Source of the DNA: Enterobacteriaceae bacterium
Lineage (GTDB): Bacteria > Pseudomonadota > Gammaproteobacteria > Enterobacterales > Enterobacteriaceae
DNA length: 64,000 nucleotides
Assembly: GCA_035277345.1 (NCBI GenBank)
Contig: DATEKR010000320.1
Coordinates: 39,304-103,303 of the forward strand
Direction: 5' to 3'
This document shows, piece after piece, positions 11,263 to 21,805 of this stretch. The position numbers and the translations under genes are program-made. The notes under the pieces are model-generated. The model searched no databases. It was not told where the DNA came from and saw nothing but the letters and a program-made list of their open reading frames with translations. How positions within the stretch are numbered: the stretch's first letter is position 1; each line of letters begins with the position of its first letter.

Positions 11263-13445
11263 TCGCCCTCCCGAATCAGCCAGATCGTCGCCAGCGGCGG
11301 CAGGGTGATACTCAGGGAGTGCGGGCGCCCGTGACTCTCAATGTCGTCGCTGTAGACCCCTCCACCGTTGCCGGCATTGCTGCCGTGATAGTGCATCGAA
11401 TCGGTATTCAGCTCTTCACGCCAGCGGCCTGGCTGGTTGATACCAAAGCGGTAGTCGTGACGCGGGACCGGCGTGAAGTTGCTGGCAACGATAATTTCAT
11501 TGCCCTGTTTATCCCGGCGCACAAAGATAAAGACCGACCGCTGATGGTCATCCACCACCAGCCATTCAAACCCGTAAGGATCAAAGTCCAGCTCGTGCAG
11601 CGCCCGGTGGTGGCGATAGGTATGATTCAGGTCACGCACCAGCCGCTGTACGCCATTGTGCCAGTTATCACCACCTTCCAGCAGATGCCAGTCGAGGCTG
11701 CTGTCATGGTTCCACTCGCGGCCCTGGGCAAACTCATTGCCCATAAACAGCAGTTTTTTACCGGGGAAGGCAAAGAGCCAGCCGTAGTAAGCCCGCAGGT
11801 TGGCAAATTTCTGCCAGGCATCTCCCGGCATCCGGTCGAGGATCGATTTTTTGCCGTGAACGACCTCATCATGCGAGAGCGGCAGCACGAAGTTTTCAGT
11901 GTAGTTGTAGAGCATGCCGAAGGTCAGTTTATCGTGGTGATACGGGCGATAAACCGGATCCAGCTTCATATAATCGAGGGTGTCATGCATCCAGCCGAGG
12001 TTCCATTTAAACCAGAATCCCAGCCCGCCCGACGTTGAAGGGCGCGAGACGCCGGAAAAGTCGGTGGACTCTTCCGCCATGCTGACCGCGCCGGGCACCT
12101 GCTCGCCAAGAATGCGGTTGGTATTGCGCAGAAACTCAATGGCTTCGAGGTTTTCCCGTCCACCGTATTCGTTCGGTACCCACTCCCCCTGATGACGGCT
12201 GTAGTCGCGATAAATCATCGAGGCCACCGCATCCACCCGCAGCGCATCGATCCCGAAACGTTCTATCCAGTAGAGAGCGTTGCCCACCAGATAGTTACTG
12301 ACTTCCCGGCGGCCGTAGTTGTAGATCAGCGTGTTCCAGTCCTGGTGATAGCCTTCGCGGGGATCGCCGTGCTCATAGAGCGCGGTGCCGTCAAACTGCG
12401 CCAGGCCAAAATCATCGGACGGGAAATGCCCCGGCACCCAGTCGAGGATCACGCTCAATCCGGCTGCGTGGGCGGCATTGATAAAGTAACGAAAGTCGTC
12501 CCGGGTGCCGAAACGCCGGGTGGGCGCGTACAGCCCGGTCGGCTGATAGCCCCAGCTGCCGTCAAAGGGATGCTCGTTAACCGGGAGCAGCTCGAGATGG
12601 GTGAAGCCCATCCACTTTGCGTAGGGCACTAGCTGGTCCGCCAGCTCGCGATAGCTAAGCCAGAAATTATTGTCGGTATGTCGCCGCCAGGAGCCGAGAT
12701 GCACTTCATAGATGGAGATGGGCGCATCAAAGCGATTCGCGGCTTTGCGCGCCTCACTCTGGACCACTTTCTCCGGCAGGCCACAAATCAGTGACGCGGT
12801 TTCCGGACGCATCTGCGCTTCAAAGGCGTAAGGGTCAGCCTTAATGCGCAGCTTACCCTGGGCATCGATCATCTCGAATTTATAGAGCTGCCCATTGTGG
12901 GCGCCGGGAATAAACAGCTCCCAGATCCCGCTCTCACGGCGCAAACGCATCGGATGGCGGCGACCGTCCCAGTAGTTAAACTGCCCGACGACGGAGACGC
13001 GACGCGCGTTAGGTGCCCAGACCGAAAAGCAGGTGCCGGTCACGCCGTCCATCGTGTCCGCATGTGCGCCCAGGGTTTCGTAGGGCCGCAGGTGGGTACC
13101 TTCCGACAGGAGCCAGCTGTCCATCTCCTGCAGCAGCGGACCAAATCGGTAGGGATCGTCAATCAGGTTTTGCTGGCCGTGCCAGGTGACCGCCAGCTGA
13201 TAGCGAAAGGGATTTTTACGCCGCGGAACCACGCCGCAAAAAAAGCCGCGGGAATCAAGGCTATCCAGCCCGGCAACCTTACGCCCGGTTTTGGTTTCAA
13301 TCACCCAGGCTTCCGTGGCATCAGGCAGCAGTGCACGCACTTCCAGACCATTTTCCGTGCTGTGCATACCGAGAACGGAGAAAGGATCCGCAAAATGCCC
13401 GGCAATTAGCGCGTTAATCACATCTCGATCGATACACAGGGACAT
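11259..13445 (-). CDS. glgB: 1,4-alpha-glucan branching enzyme
   Basis: GH13 motifs [26 protein letters not shown]. Start moved to MSLCIDRD (728 aa). Confidence 0.96.
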   Translation of the reverse strand: MSLCIDRDVINALIAGHFADPFSVLGMHSTENGLEVRALLPDATEAWVIETKTGRKVAGLDSLDSRGFFCGVVPRRKNPFRYQLAVTWHGQQNLIDDPYRFGPLLQEMDSWLLSEGTHLRPYETLGAHADTMDGVTGTCFSVWAPNARRVSVVGQFNYWDGRRHPMRLRRESGIWELFIPGAHNGQLYKFEMIDAQGKLRIKADPYAFEAQMRPETASLICGLPEKVVQSEARKAANRFDAPISIYEVHLGSWRRHTDNNFWLSYRELADQLVPYAKWMGFTHLELLPVNEHPFDGSWGYQPTGLYAPTRRFGTRDDFRYFINAAHAAGLSVILDWVPGHFPSDDFGLAQFDGTALYEHGDPREGYHQDWNTLIYNYGRREVSNYLVGNALYWIERFGIDALRVDAVASMIYRDYSRHQGEWVPNEYGGRENLEAIEFLRNTNRILGEQVPGAVSMAEESTDFSGVSRPSTSGGLGFWFKWNLGWMHDTLDYMKLDPVYRPYHHDKLTFGMLYNYTENFVLPLSHDEVVHGKKSILDRMPGDAWQKFANLRAYYGWLFAFPGKKLLFMGNEFAQGREWNHDSSLDWHLLEGGDNWHNGVQRLVRDLNHTYRHHRALHELDFDPYGFEWLVVDDHQRSVFIFVRRDKQGNEIIVASNFTPVPRHDYRFGINQPGRWREELNTDSMHYHGSNAGNGGGVYSDDIESHGRPHSLSITLPPLATIWLIREGE

Positions 13446-13636
13446 TTTTCCATCCTGTTTTATCGTGCCGACTCTTCCGGACAATACGGCACTCTGTTTT
13501 AACCTGTACGACGCAGCACCAGCGTGCATCCTCTTTGCATCGTCCAATTTTCAGGCAACAGTTTTAAGAATAGCCAGGGCTGAACCGAATCCCTGAAAAA
13601 ATTGAACATTTATTGTTTTTCCCTATGAGAGAGATA

Positions 13637-13663
13637 AAAAAAGGGGTGCCAGTGGCACCCCTT
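13637..13663 (-). terminator. Intrinsic terminator of asd
   Basis: AAGGGGTGCCA/TGGCACCCCTT stem followed by a T run on the minus strand. Confidence 0.75.
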
Positions 13664-13682
13664 GTTCAACGTTCGGGAAAGA

Positions 13683-14786
13683 TTATGCGAGCTGGCGCAG
13701 CATGCGGCGCAGCGGCTCAGCCGCGCCCCACAGCAGCTGGTCGCCAACGGTGAAGGCGGAGAGGTATTCCGGGCCCATATTCAGCTTACGCAGACGACCA
13801 ACCGGCGTGGTCAGCGTGCCGGTTACCGCGGCAGGCGTCAGTTCACGCATGGAGATTTCACGGTCGTTCGGCACCACTTTCGCCCACGGGTTATGGGCTG
13901 CCAGCAGCTCTTCCACCGTCGCAATAGAGACATCTTTTTTCAGCTTGAGGGTAAATGCCTGGCTGTGGCAGCGCAGCGCGCCGATACGGACACAGAGGCC
14001 ATCAACCGGGATGGTAGAGGATGTCGCCAGAATTTTGTTGGTTTCGGCCTGGCCTTTCCACTCTTCACGGCTCTGGCCGTTATCCAGCTGTTTGTCGATC
14101 CACGGGATCAGGCTTCCGGCCAGCGGCACGCCGAAGTTGTCCACCGCCAGTTCGCCGCTGCGCGTCAGCGCCGTCACTTTACGTTCGATATCGAGGATCG
14201 CCGAGGCCGGGTTAGCCAGCTCTTCCGCGACGTGGTGCTGCAGCTGGCCCATCTGGGTCAGCAGCTCGCGCATGTGGCGTGCGCCACCGCCGGATGCGGC
14301 CTGATAGGTTGCCACCGAAGCCCACTCAACCAGGTCATTGGCGAAGAGGCCACCCAGCGACATCAGCATCAGGCTGACGGTACAGTTGCCGCCGACAAAG
14401 GTTTTGATCCCTTTGTTCAGGCCGTCGGTAATAACCGCCTGGTTTACCGGGTCGAGGATAATAATCGCGTCATCTTTCATGCGCAGAGAAGACGCCGCAT
14501 CAATCCAGTAGCCCTGCCAGCCGCTTTCACGAAGCTTTGGATAGATTTCGTTGGTATAATCGCCGCCCTGGCAGGTGACAATGATGTCGAGTGCCTTCAA
14601 CGCGTCCAGATTAAATGCGTCCTGCAGCGTGCCGTTGTGGCTGCCGAAAGCCGGTGCTGCCTGGCCGAACTGGGAGGTTGAGAAGAAAACAGGGCGAATG
14701 GCGTCGAAATCGCGCTCCTCAACCATGCGTTGCATGAGTACGGAGCCAACCATTCCGCGCCAGCCGATAAAACCAACATTTTTCAT
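13683..14786 (-). CDS. asd: Aspartate-semialdehyde dehydrogenase
   Basis: [15 protein letters not shown], catalytic [15 protein letters not shown]. Confidence 0.97.
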   Translation of the reverse strand: MKNVGFIGWRGMVGSVLMQRMVEERDFDAIRPVFFSTSQFGQAAPAFGSHNGTLQDAFNLDALKALDIIVTCQGGDYTNEIYPKLRESGWQGYWIDAASSLRMKDDAIIILDPVNQAVITDGLNKGIKTFVGGNCTVSLMLMSLGGLFANDLVEWASVATYQAASGGGARHMRELLTQMGQLQHHVAEELANPASAILDIERKVTALTRSGELAVDNFGVPLAGSLIPWIDKQLDNGQSREEWKGQAETNKILATSSTIPVDGLCVRIGALRCHSQAFTLKLKKDVSIATVEELLAAHNPWAKVVPNDREISMRELTPAAVTGTLTTPVGRLRKLNMGPEYLSAFTVGDQLLWGAAEPLRRMLRQLA

Positions 14787-14947
14787 AGCGTGTTTCCTGC
14801 AAAGATGTGTGCTGTAGCCAATATTTGATGGGTATAGCGCCCACATTACAAAATGCAGCCAAAGTCGCAAGTGAAATTAATCAATGATTATGCGGCGCTC
14901 AGAAACAGAACTTATTTTATATAATTTATGAACAGGGAAAATGCTGT

Positions 14948-15541
14948 ATGACTGAAATTATTTCCGCGACCGTTTTACTGATTCTTATCATGGACCCGCT
15001 CGGCAATTTGCCGATTTTTATGTCCGTGCTTAAGCATACGGAGCCGAAACGTCGCCGGGCTATTATGATCCGCGAGCTGCTGATCGCGCTGCTCGTGATG
15101 CTGATTTTCCTGTTCGCCGGTGAGAAAATTCTCTCCTTCCTGAACCTGCGCGCCGAAACGGTTTCGATCTCCGGCGGGATTATTCTGTTCCTGATCGCCA
15201 TCAAGATGATTTTCCCCAGCGCCACTGGCAGCACGACAGGCTTACCCGCCGGTGAAGAGCCCTTTATCGTGCCGCTGGCGATCCCGCTGGTTGCGGGTCC
15301 GACCCTGCTGGCGACCCTGATGCTGCTGTCACACCAGTACCCGAATCAGATGGGCCACCTGGTTATCGCCCTGATGATTGCCTGGGGCGGCACGGTGGCG
15401 ATCCTGCTGCAGTCGTCGCTGTTCCTGCGCCTGCTGGGCGAGAAAGGCGTGAATGCCCTTGAGCGCCTGATGGGGCTGATTCTGGTGATGCTGGCCACCC
15501 AGATGTTCCTGGACGGTATCCGGGCGTGGATGAAAGGGTAA
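14948..15541 (+). CDS. yhgN: MarC/NAAT family inner membrane protein
   Basis: IMDPLGN and PLAIPLVAGP motifs; synteny. Confidence 0.92.
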   Translation: MTEIISATVLLILIMDPLGNLPIFMSVLKHTEPKRRRAIMIRELLIALLVMLIFLFAGEKILSFLNLRAETVSISGGIILFLIAIKMIFPSATGSTTGLPAGEEPFIVPLAIPLVAGPTLLATLMLLSHQYPNQMGHLVIALMIAWGGTVAILLQSSLFLRLLGEKGVNALERLMGLILVMLATQMFLDGIRAWMKG

Positions 15542-15618
15542 AAAAAACCGGGCGGCATAAACTATGCGGCCCGGCTTCAGCGTTATTTCTCTCCATTCAG
15601 GAGAGTTGCATTAAAAAC

Positions 15619-16959
15619 TTAACTTAACAGGCTAAACGCAATCATCCCGACAATCGCGCCCGTGGTGCCGAGGATGGTTTCCATCATCGTCCAGGTTTTC
15701 AGCGTCTGTGCTTCGGTTGCGCCGGTAAATTTACCGAACAGCCAGAAACCTGCGTCGTTAACGTGGCTCACCACGATAGAGCCGCCAGCGATACAGATGG
15801 AGAGTGCCGCCATCTGCGCGCCGGAGTAGTTAAGCTGCTCGATAACCGGCATCACCAGACCGACGGCGGTTAAACAGGCGACCGTTGCCGAACCCTGAAT
15901 AATGCGCACCGCAGCGGCCAGAATAAAGCAGGTGATCGCCACCGGCATACCCATACCGGTCAGCGCCTCGCCCAGCGCAGGGCCGACGCCGGAATCCACC
16001 AGCACCTGTTTGAATACGCCACCCGCACCGATCACCAGCAGGATAATCCCGGCCGGCTGCAGCGCGTGACCGCAGATCTCCATCACCTTATCTTTCGGCA
16101 TGCCCTGACGCATCGCCAGACCATAAATTGCCACCAGACAGGCCACCAGAATGGCGGTAAACGGATGACCGACAAACTCGAACCATTCGTAAGCCGTAGA
16201 ACCCTCTGGAACAAAACGCGCGGCGATAGTTTTCAGACCCACCAGCACCAGCGGCAGCAGGATCAGCGCCAGGCTAAAGCCAAAGGAGGGCATTTTGCCT
16301 TCGCCAAGATGCGGTTCGCTGATGTCGTCAGGAATATGCAACTCAACGTAGCGGCTGATAAAGTTGCCCCACAGCGGCCCGGCGATAATCATCCCTGGGA
16401 TCGCGGCGCACAGGCCAATCAGGATCATCCAGCCAAAGTCGGCGTGCATCTGGGATGCCAGCAGCATCGGCGCAGGCCCCGGCAGCAGGAATGCGGCCGC
16501 GGCGGCGACACCGGCAAACAAGGGGATCACCAGCTTCACCAGGTTAGTACCTGTGTGGCGTGCCATCGAGAACGCGACGCTAATCAGCAGCACGATCGCC
16601 ACTTCAAAGAACAGCGGCAGCGCACAGATAAGTCCGGCCAGGCCGATAGCGTAGTGGGCACGGCTGTGGCCGAAGGATTTCAGCATTTTGACGGCAATCT
16701 GATCGACCGCGCCGGTTTCATGCAAAATCTTGCCAAACATCGCGCCAAGCGCCACGACAATCGCCAGGAAACCCAGCGTACCCCCCATCCCTTTTTCCAT
16801 GGTCGCTGCGATCTTATCGAGCGGCATACCGGAAAACAGACCGGCACCAATGGACACCACCATCAAGGCCACAAAGGCATGCATACGCGCCTTCATGACT
16901 AAAAACAGCAGCAGCAATACCGAGCCGACCGCTGTTAAAACTAACGTTAAAGTACTCAC
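15619..16959 (-). CDS. gntU: Low-affinity gluconate transporter
   Basis: 446 aa GntP family; SHVNDAGFW; lies in the gntRKU cluster. Confidence 0.95.
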   Translation of the reverse strand: MSTLTLVLTAVGSVLLLLFLVMKARMHAFVALMVVSIGAGLFSGMPLDKIAATMEKGMGGTLGFLAIVVALGAMFGKILHETGAVDQIAVKMLKSFGHSRAHYAIGLAGLICALPLFFEVAIVLLISVAFSMARHTGTNLVKLVIPLFAGVAAAAAFLLPGPAPMLLASQMHADFGWMILIGLCAAIPGMIIAGPLWGNFISRYVELHIPDDISEPHLGEGKMPSFGFSLALILLPLVLVGLKTIAARFVPEGSTAYEWFEFVGHPFTAILVACLVAIYGLAMRQGMPKDKVMEICGHALQPAGIILLVIGAGGVFKQVLVDSGVGPALGEALTGMGMPVAITCFILAAAVRIIQGSATVACLTAVGLVMPVIEQLNYSGAQMAALSICIAGGSIVVSHVNDAGFWLFGKFTGATEAQTLKTWTMMETILGTTGAIVGMIAFSLLS

Positions 16960-16974
16960 TTTTTACTGCCTTTT

Positions 16975-17496
16975 TTAATTATTAATCACTGCAATGGTGC
17001 TGGCTACGACGCCGTCAAGCGGCTGATCAATATCTACAATCAGCACGTCAGATTCGTCCGCACCCGGTTCTTCCAGGGTTTCGAACTGGGTCACCAGCAT
17101 CTGGGTTTTGAAGAAGTGACCTTTGCGCGCCTTCAGGCGGCTTTCGATCACTTCAAAATCCCCTTTCAGGTAGATAAAGGAGAGATTGGGGTTGCCGTCA
17201 CGCAGAATGTCACGGTAGTGCTTTTTCAGCGCGGAGCAGACGATCAGGGAGACTTTGTTCGTACGCTGCATCGCAAAAGCGGCATCGTTGAGGGCCTGCA
17301 GCCAGGGCTTACGGTCGTCATCGTTCAGCGGCTCGCCGGCGGCCATTTTGGCAATGTTGCAGCGCGGGTGGAGGAAATCGCCATCAAGGAACGCGGCGCT
17401 CATCTGATGGGCTACTTCACTGGCAACGGCGGATTTGCCGCTGCCCGATACGCCCATCAGGACGTAGATGCGGTGATCATGGTTAGTCGTGCTCAA
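16975..17496 (-). CDS. gntK: Gluconokinase
   Basis: GVSGSGKS P-loop; TTG start. Confidence 0.95.
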   Translation of the reverse strand: MSTTNHDHRIYVLMGVSGSGKSAVASEVAHQMSAAFLDGDFLHPRCNIAKMAAGEPLNDDDRKPWLQALNDAAFAMQRTNKVSLIVCSALKKHYRDILRDGNPNLSFIYLKGDFEVIESRLKARKGHFFKTQMLVTQFETLEEPGADESDVLIVDIDQPLDGVVASTIAVINN

Positions 17497-17527
17497 GGCG
17501 TCGCTCCCACAGAAAGGTTAAAGAGGC

Positions 17528-17625
17528 TGTTACGGGTAACTGTTATCGGTAACATTGTCCTGCCGGGGTAAAACGGACGCAATAACCATTCGTGCCAGAA
17601 GTGGATAAGTGTGAGCTAGTTCAAA
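17528..17625 (-). promoter_or_regulatory. gntK promoter with tandem GntR operators and CRP site
   Basis: TGTTACGGGTAAC and TGTTATCGGTAACA palindromes (17528-17554); TGTGA-N6-TCAAA (17610-17625). Confidence 0.8.
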
Positions 17626-17634
17626 TTTTAGAGC

Positions 17635-18630
17635 TTAAATAGATCCACCCGGCGACAACGTGAAACCTAAATCTAACATTTTCGGCGTCACGATCTCCCC
17701 GCGAATGCGCGCCAGCAGGCGTTCGGCACCGATTCGGCCCATCCGCTCACGCGGCGTCAGGACGCTGGCCAGCAGGGGTTCCATCACCTGGCCAATATCG
17801 TGGCCGTGGAAACCGGCAATCGCCATATCCTCCGGGATACGCAGACCCAGACGCTGGCACTCGAAGGCCGCGCCGACCGCCAGGTCATCGTTGGTGCAGA
17901 AAATGCTGTCGAGCTGCGGATATTCGCGCCGCGCCTGGCGCAGTAGCTCACTCCCGGTGGAGTAGGACGAGGCCTGCTCAATCATCACGCTGTAAGGCGT
18001 CAGACCGGCATCGCGCATCGCCTGTTCATACCCCTGCTGTTTGATGATAGTTCGTTCATCGAGACGTGCCCCCAGATAGGCCACATGCTGGCGACCACGC
18101 TGGATAATCGCGGCGGTCATCTGCCGGGCGGCTTCAAAGTTATCGAAGCCAACGGCGATATCGAGGCAGGGAGACTGGCTGTCCATCAGCTCCACCACCG
18201 GAATACCGGAGACTTCAATCATCTTCAGGGTGCGGGCGGTGTGGGTACGTTCGGTCAGGATCAGGCCGTCGATATTCCACGACAGCATCGATTCCAGGCG
18301 CTCTTCTTCCAGCTCGGCTTTATAGCCGTAGTGGGCAAGCATGGTCTGATAGCCGTGCGCATCCGTCACGCTTTCAATGCCGCGCAGAACTTCAGCAAAT
18401 ACCTGGTTGGTTAAGGAGGGAAGCAGAACGCCAATCGCACGGCTGGTCGCATTGGATAGCATATCCGGCGCACGGTTGGGGATATAACCCAGTTCATCAA
18501 GCGCCGCAGCAATCTTACCCCGTAACGCCTCGGACACCTGCTCCGGGTTACGTAAGAAACGGCTGACCGTCATTTTGGTCACGCCAACGCGATCGGCAAC
18601 ATCCTGAAGTACGGGTCTTTTCTTTTTCAT
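17635..18630 (-). CDS. gntR: LacI-family gluconate repressor
   Basis: MKKKRPVLQDVADRVGVTKMTVSRFL helix-turn-helix. Confidence 0.95.
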   Translation of the reverse strand: MKKKRPVLQDVADRVGVTKMTVSRFLRNPEQVSEALRGKIAAALDELGYIPNRAPDMLSNATSRAIGVLLPSLTNQVFAEVLRGIESVTDAHGYQTMLAHYGYKAELEEERLESMLSWNIDGLILTERTHTARTLKMIEVSGIPVVELMDSQSPCLDIAVGFDNFEAARQMTAAIIQRGRQHVAYLGARLDERTIIKQQGYEQAMRDAGLTPYSVMIEQASSYSTGSELLRQARREYPQLDSIFCTNDDLAVGAAFECQRLGLRIPEDMAIAGFHGHDIGQVMEPLLASVLTPRERMGRIGAERLLARIRGEIVTPKMLDLGFTLSPGGSI

Positions 18631-18732
18631 CGTCCTGTGAACATGCGCTGAGAAAACATTTCCCCAGTTTATCACGGACTAAACAGAACCTTCCCCTTAA
18701 CGGGGAAGGTTACGTACTTTATTTACCGGAGA

Positions 18733-19428
18733 TCAAACCGGTGGCAGATCGAACAGCAGAATTTCGCTGTCGCTGTCGGCATGCACGGAGAGCGCCTGCT
18801 CGTCCCAAATCGCCAGACCGTCAGCGGTGGTGGCTTTGGTGCCGTTAATCGTAACGTTACCTTTTACCACCTGGATCCACACCCGACGTTCGGCTGCAAT
18901 CTGGTACACGGACTGCTCATCTTTCAGCAGTGCCCAGCGATACAGCTCCATATCCTGATGCACTTTCAGCGACCCGTCGCGGGCATCCGGCGACAGCACC
19001 AGCTGGCGGCCCTGGGTAGCGTCAAACCGGCGCTGCTCATAGCGCGGTGCGATGCCATTTTTTTCCGGCATGATCCAGATTTGATACAGGTGCAGACGTT
19101 CAGTTTCGCTCGGGTTGTACTCCGAATGCTGAACCCCGGTACCGGCACTCATGATCTGGAACTCACCGGCAGGAACCTGCTCTTTGTTGCCCATGCTGTC
19201 TTTATGCTCAACCGCCCCTTCCAGCACATAGGTCAGGATTTCCATATCTTTATGCGGGTGGGTACCAAACCCCTGACCAGCATCGATAACGTCATCGTTG
19301 ATCACTCTCAGCGCCGAGAAACCCATAAAGTTTGCGTCATAATAGTTGGCGAAAGAGAAGGTGTGCCAGGAGTCCAGCCAGCCATGATTAGCATGACCAC
19401 GGTCGTTCGCTTTGCGTAAGTAAATCAT
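18733..19428 (-). CDS. yhhW: Pirin-family protein (quercetin 2,3-dioxygenase)
   Basis: Cupin motifs HPHKDMEI and MSAGTGVQHSE. Confidence 0.93.
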   Translation of the reverse strand: MIYLRKANDRGHANHGWLDSWHTFSFANYYDANFMGFSALRVINDDVIDAGQGFGTHPHKDMEILTYVLEGAVEHKDSMGNKEQVPAGEFQIMSAGTGVQHSEYNPSETERLHLYQIWIMPEKNGIAPRYEQRRFDATQGRQLVLSPDARDGSLKVHQDMELYRWALLKDEQSVYQIAAERRVWIQVVKGNVTINGTKATTADGLAIWDEQALSVHADSDSEILLFDLPPV

Positions 19429-19551
19429 TTGTCTTTCCCCATGTTCGTTTCGATGGAGTCAGTTTGTACCCGAATGCCTCAGGATGATAGAGGGTGAAAA
19501 TTGACTCCTCTGTTCAAAAAATGTGAACAAGCGCAGAAGAGTCCGTGAAAG

Positions 19552-20589
19552 CTATTTAGCAAGCGTTACGGTCGAGGGAGAAGCCTGTTCGAAGGCCCGT
19601 TCGAGGATCTCGAGATTGGTGAGTACTTCAGTTTCCTTGACGTAATTATCTTTACCCGTTGCCAGGGTGTTATAGAGCGCATCGTAGACATAACCGTAGT
19701 CCCCGATTTCGCTGGCGATCTCTTCGCGCACGCTCTCGCCCGCGTCGTTAACGTACTCCAGCAGGCTGACGCTGCTATCCGCGGCAAAGCCTGGCTCACC
19801 CGGCATAATATTGGCCTTGAGGCTGGTTTCCTGCTGGTCGATACCGTATTTAATAAACGAGCCTTTGCTGCCGTGAACGATAAATTTCGGGTAGTCGATT
19901 TTCACCAGGTGGCTGGTTTTCACAATCGCCTTGAGATCGCCATAGAATAGCTGCGCCTCAAAGGTATCATCCGGATTGGCCTTGTTGCGCAGGCAGCGGA
20001 TGTCATAAGCGACGTGGTCCGGGCGACCAAACAGGGAGATAATCTGATCCATCGTATGCACGCCAAGGCCGTAAAAAGCGCCATCCTGCGGCAGACCGGG
20101 TTTGGTTTCGGCAACCGGACGGTAGTAGTCGAAGTGGCTTTCAATTTCGACGATATCGCCGAGCTTACCGCTCTCAATCACCTTTTTGACCGTCAGGAAG
20201 CAGGCGTCAAAGCGACGGTTCTGATACGGCGTGACGGCCAGCCCTTTGCTTTTCGCCAGTGCGAACAGCGTCTTCGCTTCGGCCATCGTCGGCGTAAAGG
20301 GTTTTTCTACCAGCACATTTTTTCCTGCCTCCAGCGCGCGCTTCGCATAGTCAAAATGGCTGTCGGCGTGGGTACAGACAATCACCAGCTTCACCTGCGG
20401 GTCGTTTAAGACCTCATCCAGATCGCTGGTAAAGTGAATATGCTGATACTGAGGTTGCTGCTCTTCCGGCTTCGCGCTGCGGCGAAAAATATGCGCAACG
20501 TGCCAGCTCTCTTTGCGGTTGAGAACGTAGGGAAGATGATAGCGGGTGGTGCTTTTACCAAAGCCAATAAAGGCGCAATGAAGAGTCAT
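19552..20589 (-). CDS. yhhX: Gfo/Idh/MocA family oxidoreductase
   Basis: VLVEKP and YQNRRFD motifs; synteny. Confidence 0.92.
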   Translation of the reverse strand: MTLHCAFIGFGKSTTRYHLPYVLNRKESWHVAHIFRRSAKPEEQQPQYQHIHFTSDLDEVLNDPQVKLVIVCTHADSHFDYAKRALEAGKNVLVEKPFTPTMAEAKTLFALAKSKGLAVTPYQNRRFDACFLTVKKVIESGKLGDIVEIESHFDYYRPVAETKPGLPQDGAFYGLGVHTMDQIISLFGRPDHVAYDIRCLRNKANPDDTFEAQLFYGDLKAIVKTSHLVKIDYPKFIVHGSKGSFIKYGIDQQETSLKANIMPGEPGFAADSSVSLLEYVNDAGESVREEIASEIGDYGYVYDALYNTLATGKDNYVKETEVLTNLEILERAFEQASPSTVTLAK

Positions 20590-20713
20590 AATCGCTTCCT
20601 GAAGGTATGCAGACTCCGTTTACCTTAACGCCAGATGACGCTGTTCGCCATTTCACTTGTGCAAACAGCGTATTAAAAATCCCAAAAATAGCCCCCTACT
20701 CTTGACCCGGCCC

Positions 20714-20741
20714 TGAAGTTCCCGGATAACCATGCCGATAA
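20714..20741 (+). promoter_or_regulatory. Putative sigma28 (FliA) promoter upstream of the bactofilin gene
   Basis: TGAA-N16-GCCGATAA: perfect -10 box, imperfect -35, spacer 1 nt longer than canonical. Confidence 0.5.
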
Positions 20742-20848
20742 GAAACAAATGCTTTCTAAATACACCCAACCACATAGCGGTCGCGGTGCAGCTCTTTTTG
20801 CCGTAGACAACGCCGCACGGTCGCTAATGGAGTAGCCATCAGTTCAGC

Positions 20849-21526
20849 ATGGGAAGAGTCTATCTTTTTCTGAATACCGCATTTTTTTTCTGGTCACTCT
20901 CGCTGGTGGCCTGGTGTTATGACGCCTATTCCTGGGCGCTGCTGACCGCAGCGCTTGCCATTATTGCCTTCGTTATTCACGCCTTACACAAGCAGGTTAA
21001 TCATATGTTTGGAAAAAACAAAGCAGTCGAAGAAGTGACGCATGCTCCTGTTGTCAACGCCACACCAACGCCCGTCGCTGAAAAAGAGGTGCCGCGCGAT
21101 GAGAAGCAGAACAGTACCGTCATTGCGACTGGCGTTCGCTTCGACGGCAATATCATCTCGAGCGGCCAGGTCTACATTTACGGCACGGTCCACGGCAATA
21201 TCGATGCCAAAGAGGGCCTGATTAAAATTATGCGTAACGGCGTGGTAGAGGGTGATATCACCAGCCGGGACCTGATTATCGATGGCATCGTCAATGGTAA
21301 TTGCCGCAGCGAATCCATCGACGTGTATGAGAATGGCGCGATCACCGGCACTATCGCTTACAGCTCGCTGACCATTAAAAAAGGTGCGTCCTTTACCGGC
21401 AGATCAGAGCTTATCCGCCCTGTGGAAGAAAAAAGCAACGTGGTGGGCCTGCTTGCCGAAACGGCCCCGGAAGTACTGCCCGTCGCCGAGAGTGAGAACG
21501 AGGCAAAAGGTAAAAAACGCAGCTAG
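20849..21526 (+). CDS. Bactofilin (polymer-forming cytoskeletal protein, CcmA-like) with N-terminal hydrophobic anchor
   Basis: Beta-helix repeats TVIATGVRFDGNI...VYIYGTVHGNI...GVVEGDI...GAITGTI...GASFTG; two hydrophobic segments in residues 4-47. Confidence 0.85.
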   Translation: MGRVYLFLNTAFFFWSLSLVAWCYDAYSWALLTAALAIIAFVIHALHKQVNHMFGKNKAVEEVTHAPVVNATPTPVAEKEVPRDEKQNSTVIATGVRFDGNIISSGQVYIYGTVHGNIDAKEGLIKIMRNGVVEGDITSRDLIIDGIVNGNCRSESIDVYENGAITGTIAYSSLTIKKGASFTGRSELIRPVEEKSNVVGLLAETAPEVLPVAESENEAKGKKRS

Positions 21527-21533
21527 CCCCCAG

Positions 21534-21560
21534 GGCGGGCCATTGCCCGCCCTCTTCCTT
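21534..21560 (+). terminator. Terminator-like hairpin after the bactofilin gene
   Basis: GGGCGGGC-CATT-GCCCGCCC followed by TCTTCCTT. Confidence 0.55.
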
Positions 21561-21585
21561 GCAGGTTGATCCCCGAATTTCAGGC

Positions 21586-21681
21586 AAAAAAAAGCCAGCA
21601 CCCGGCTGGCTAAAATAATACTGGAAGCAATGTGAGCAATGTCGTGCTTTCAGGTTCTCCACGAGGGGTCTCCCTGAACGC
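21586..21681 (-). ncRNA. ryhB: RyhB iron-regulated sRNA
   Basis: Minus strand reads GCGTTCAGGGAGACCCCTCGTGGAGAACCTGAAAGCACGACATTGCTCACATTGCTTCCAGTATT...GCCAGCCGGGTGCTGGCTTTTT; position next to yhhY. Confidence 0.95.
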
Positions 21682-21683
21682 AT

Positions 21684-21702
21684 GACAATAATAATCATTA
21701 TC
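21684..21702. promoter_or_regulatory. Fur box over the ryhB promoter
   Basis: GACAATAATAATCATTATC is a 17/19 match to GATAATGATAATCATTATC. Confidence 0.9.
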
Positions 21703-21805
21703 ATTCGCACTTGTCTACCCCTTTTTTGCAAAAAATGGCAGTTGACTGGGATCCGAAAGTCAATAACGTTAAAGGGGAATAGTTGCCCCTCAACGGAGAG
21801 AAACA

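Noticed and set aside
13446..13547. N-terminal extensions in the ORF track (glgB, asd, glpD, gntR, livK, livJ, ugpB, yhhS, panM, PTS gene)
   Set aside because: Longest-ORF artefacts; downstream starts match homolog N-termini.
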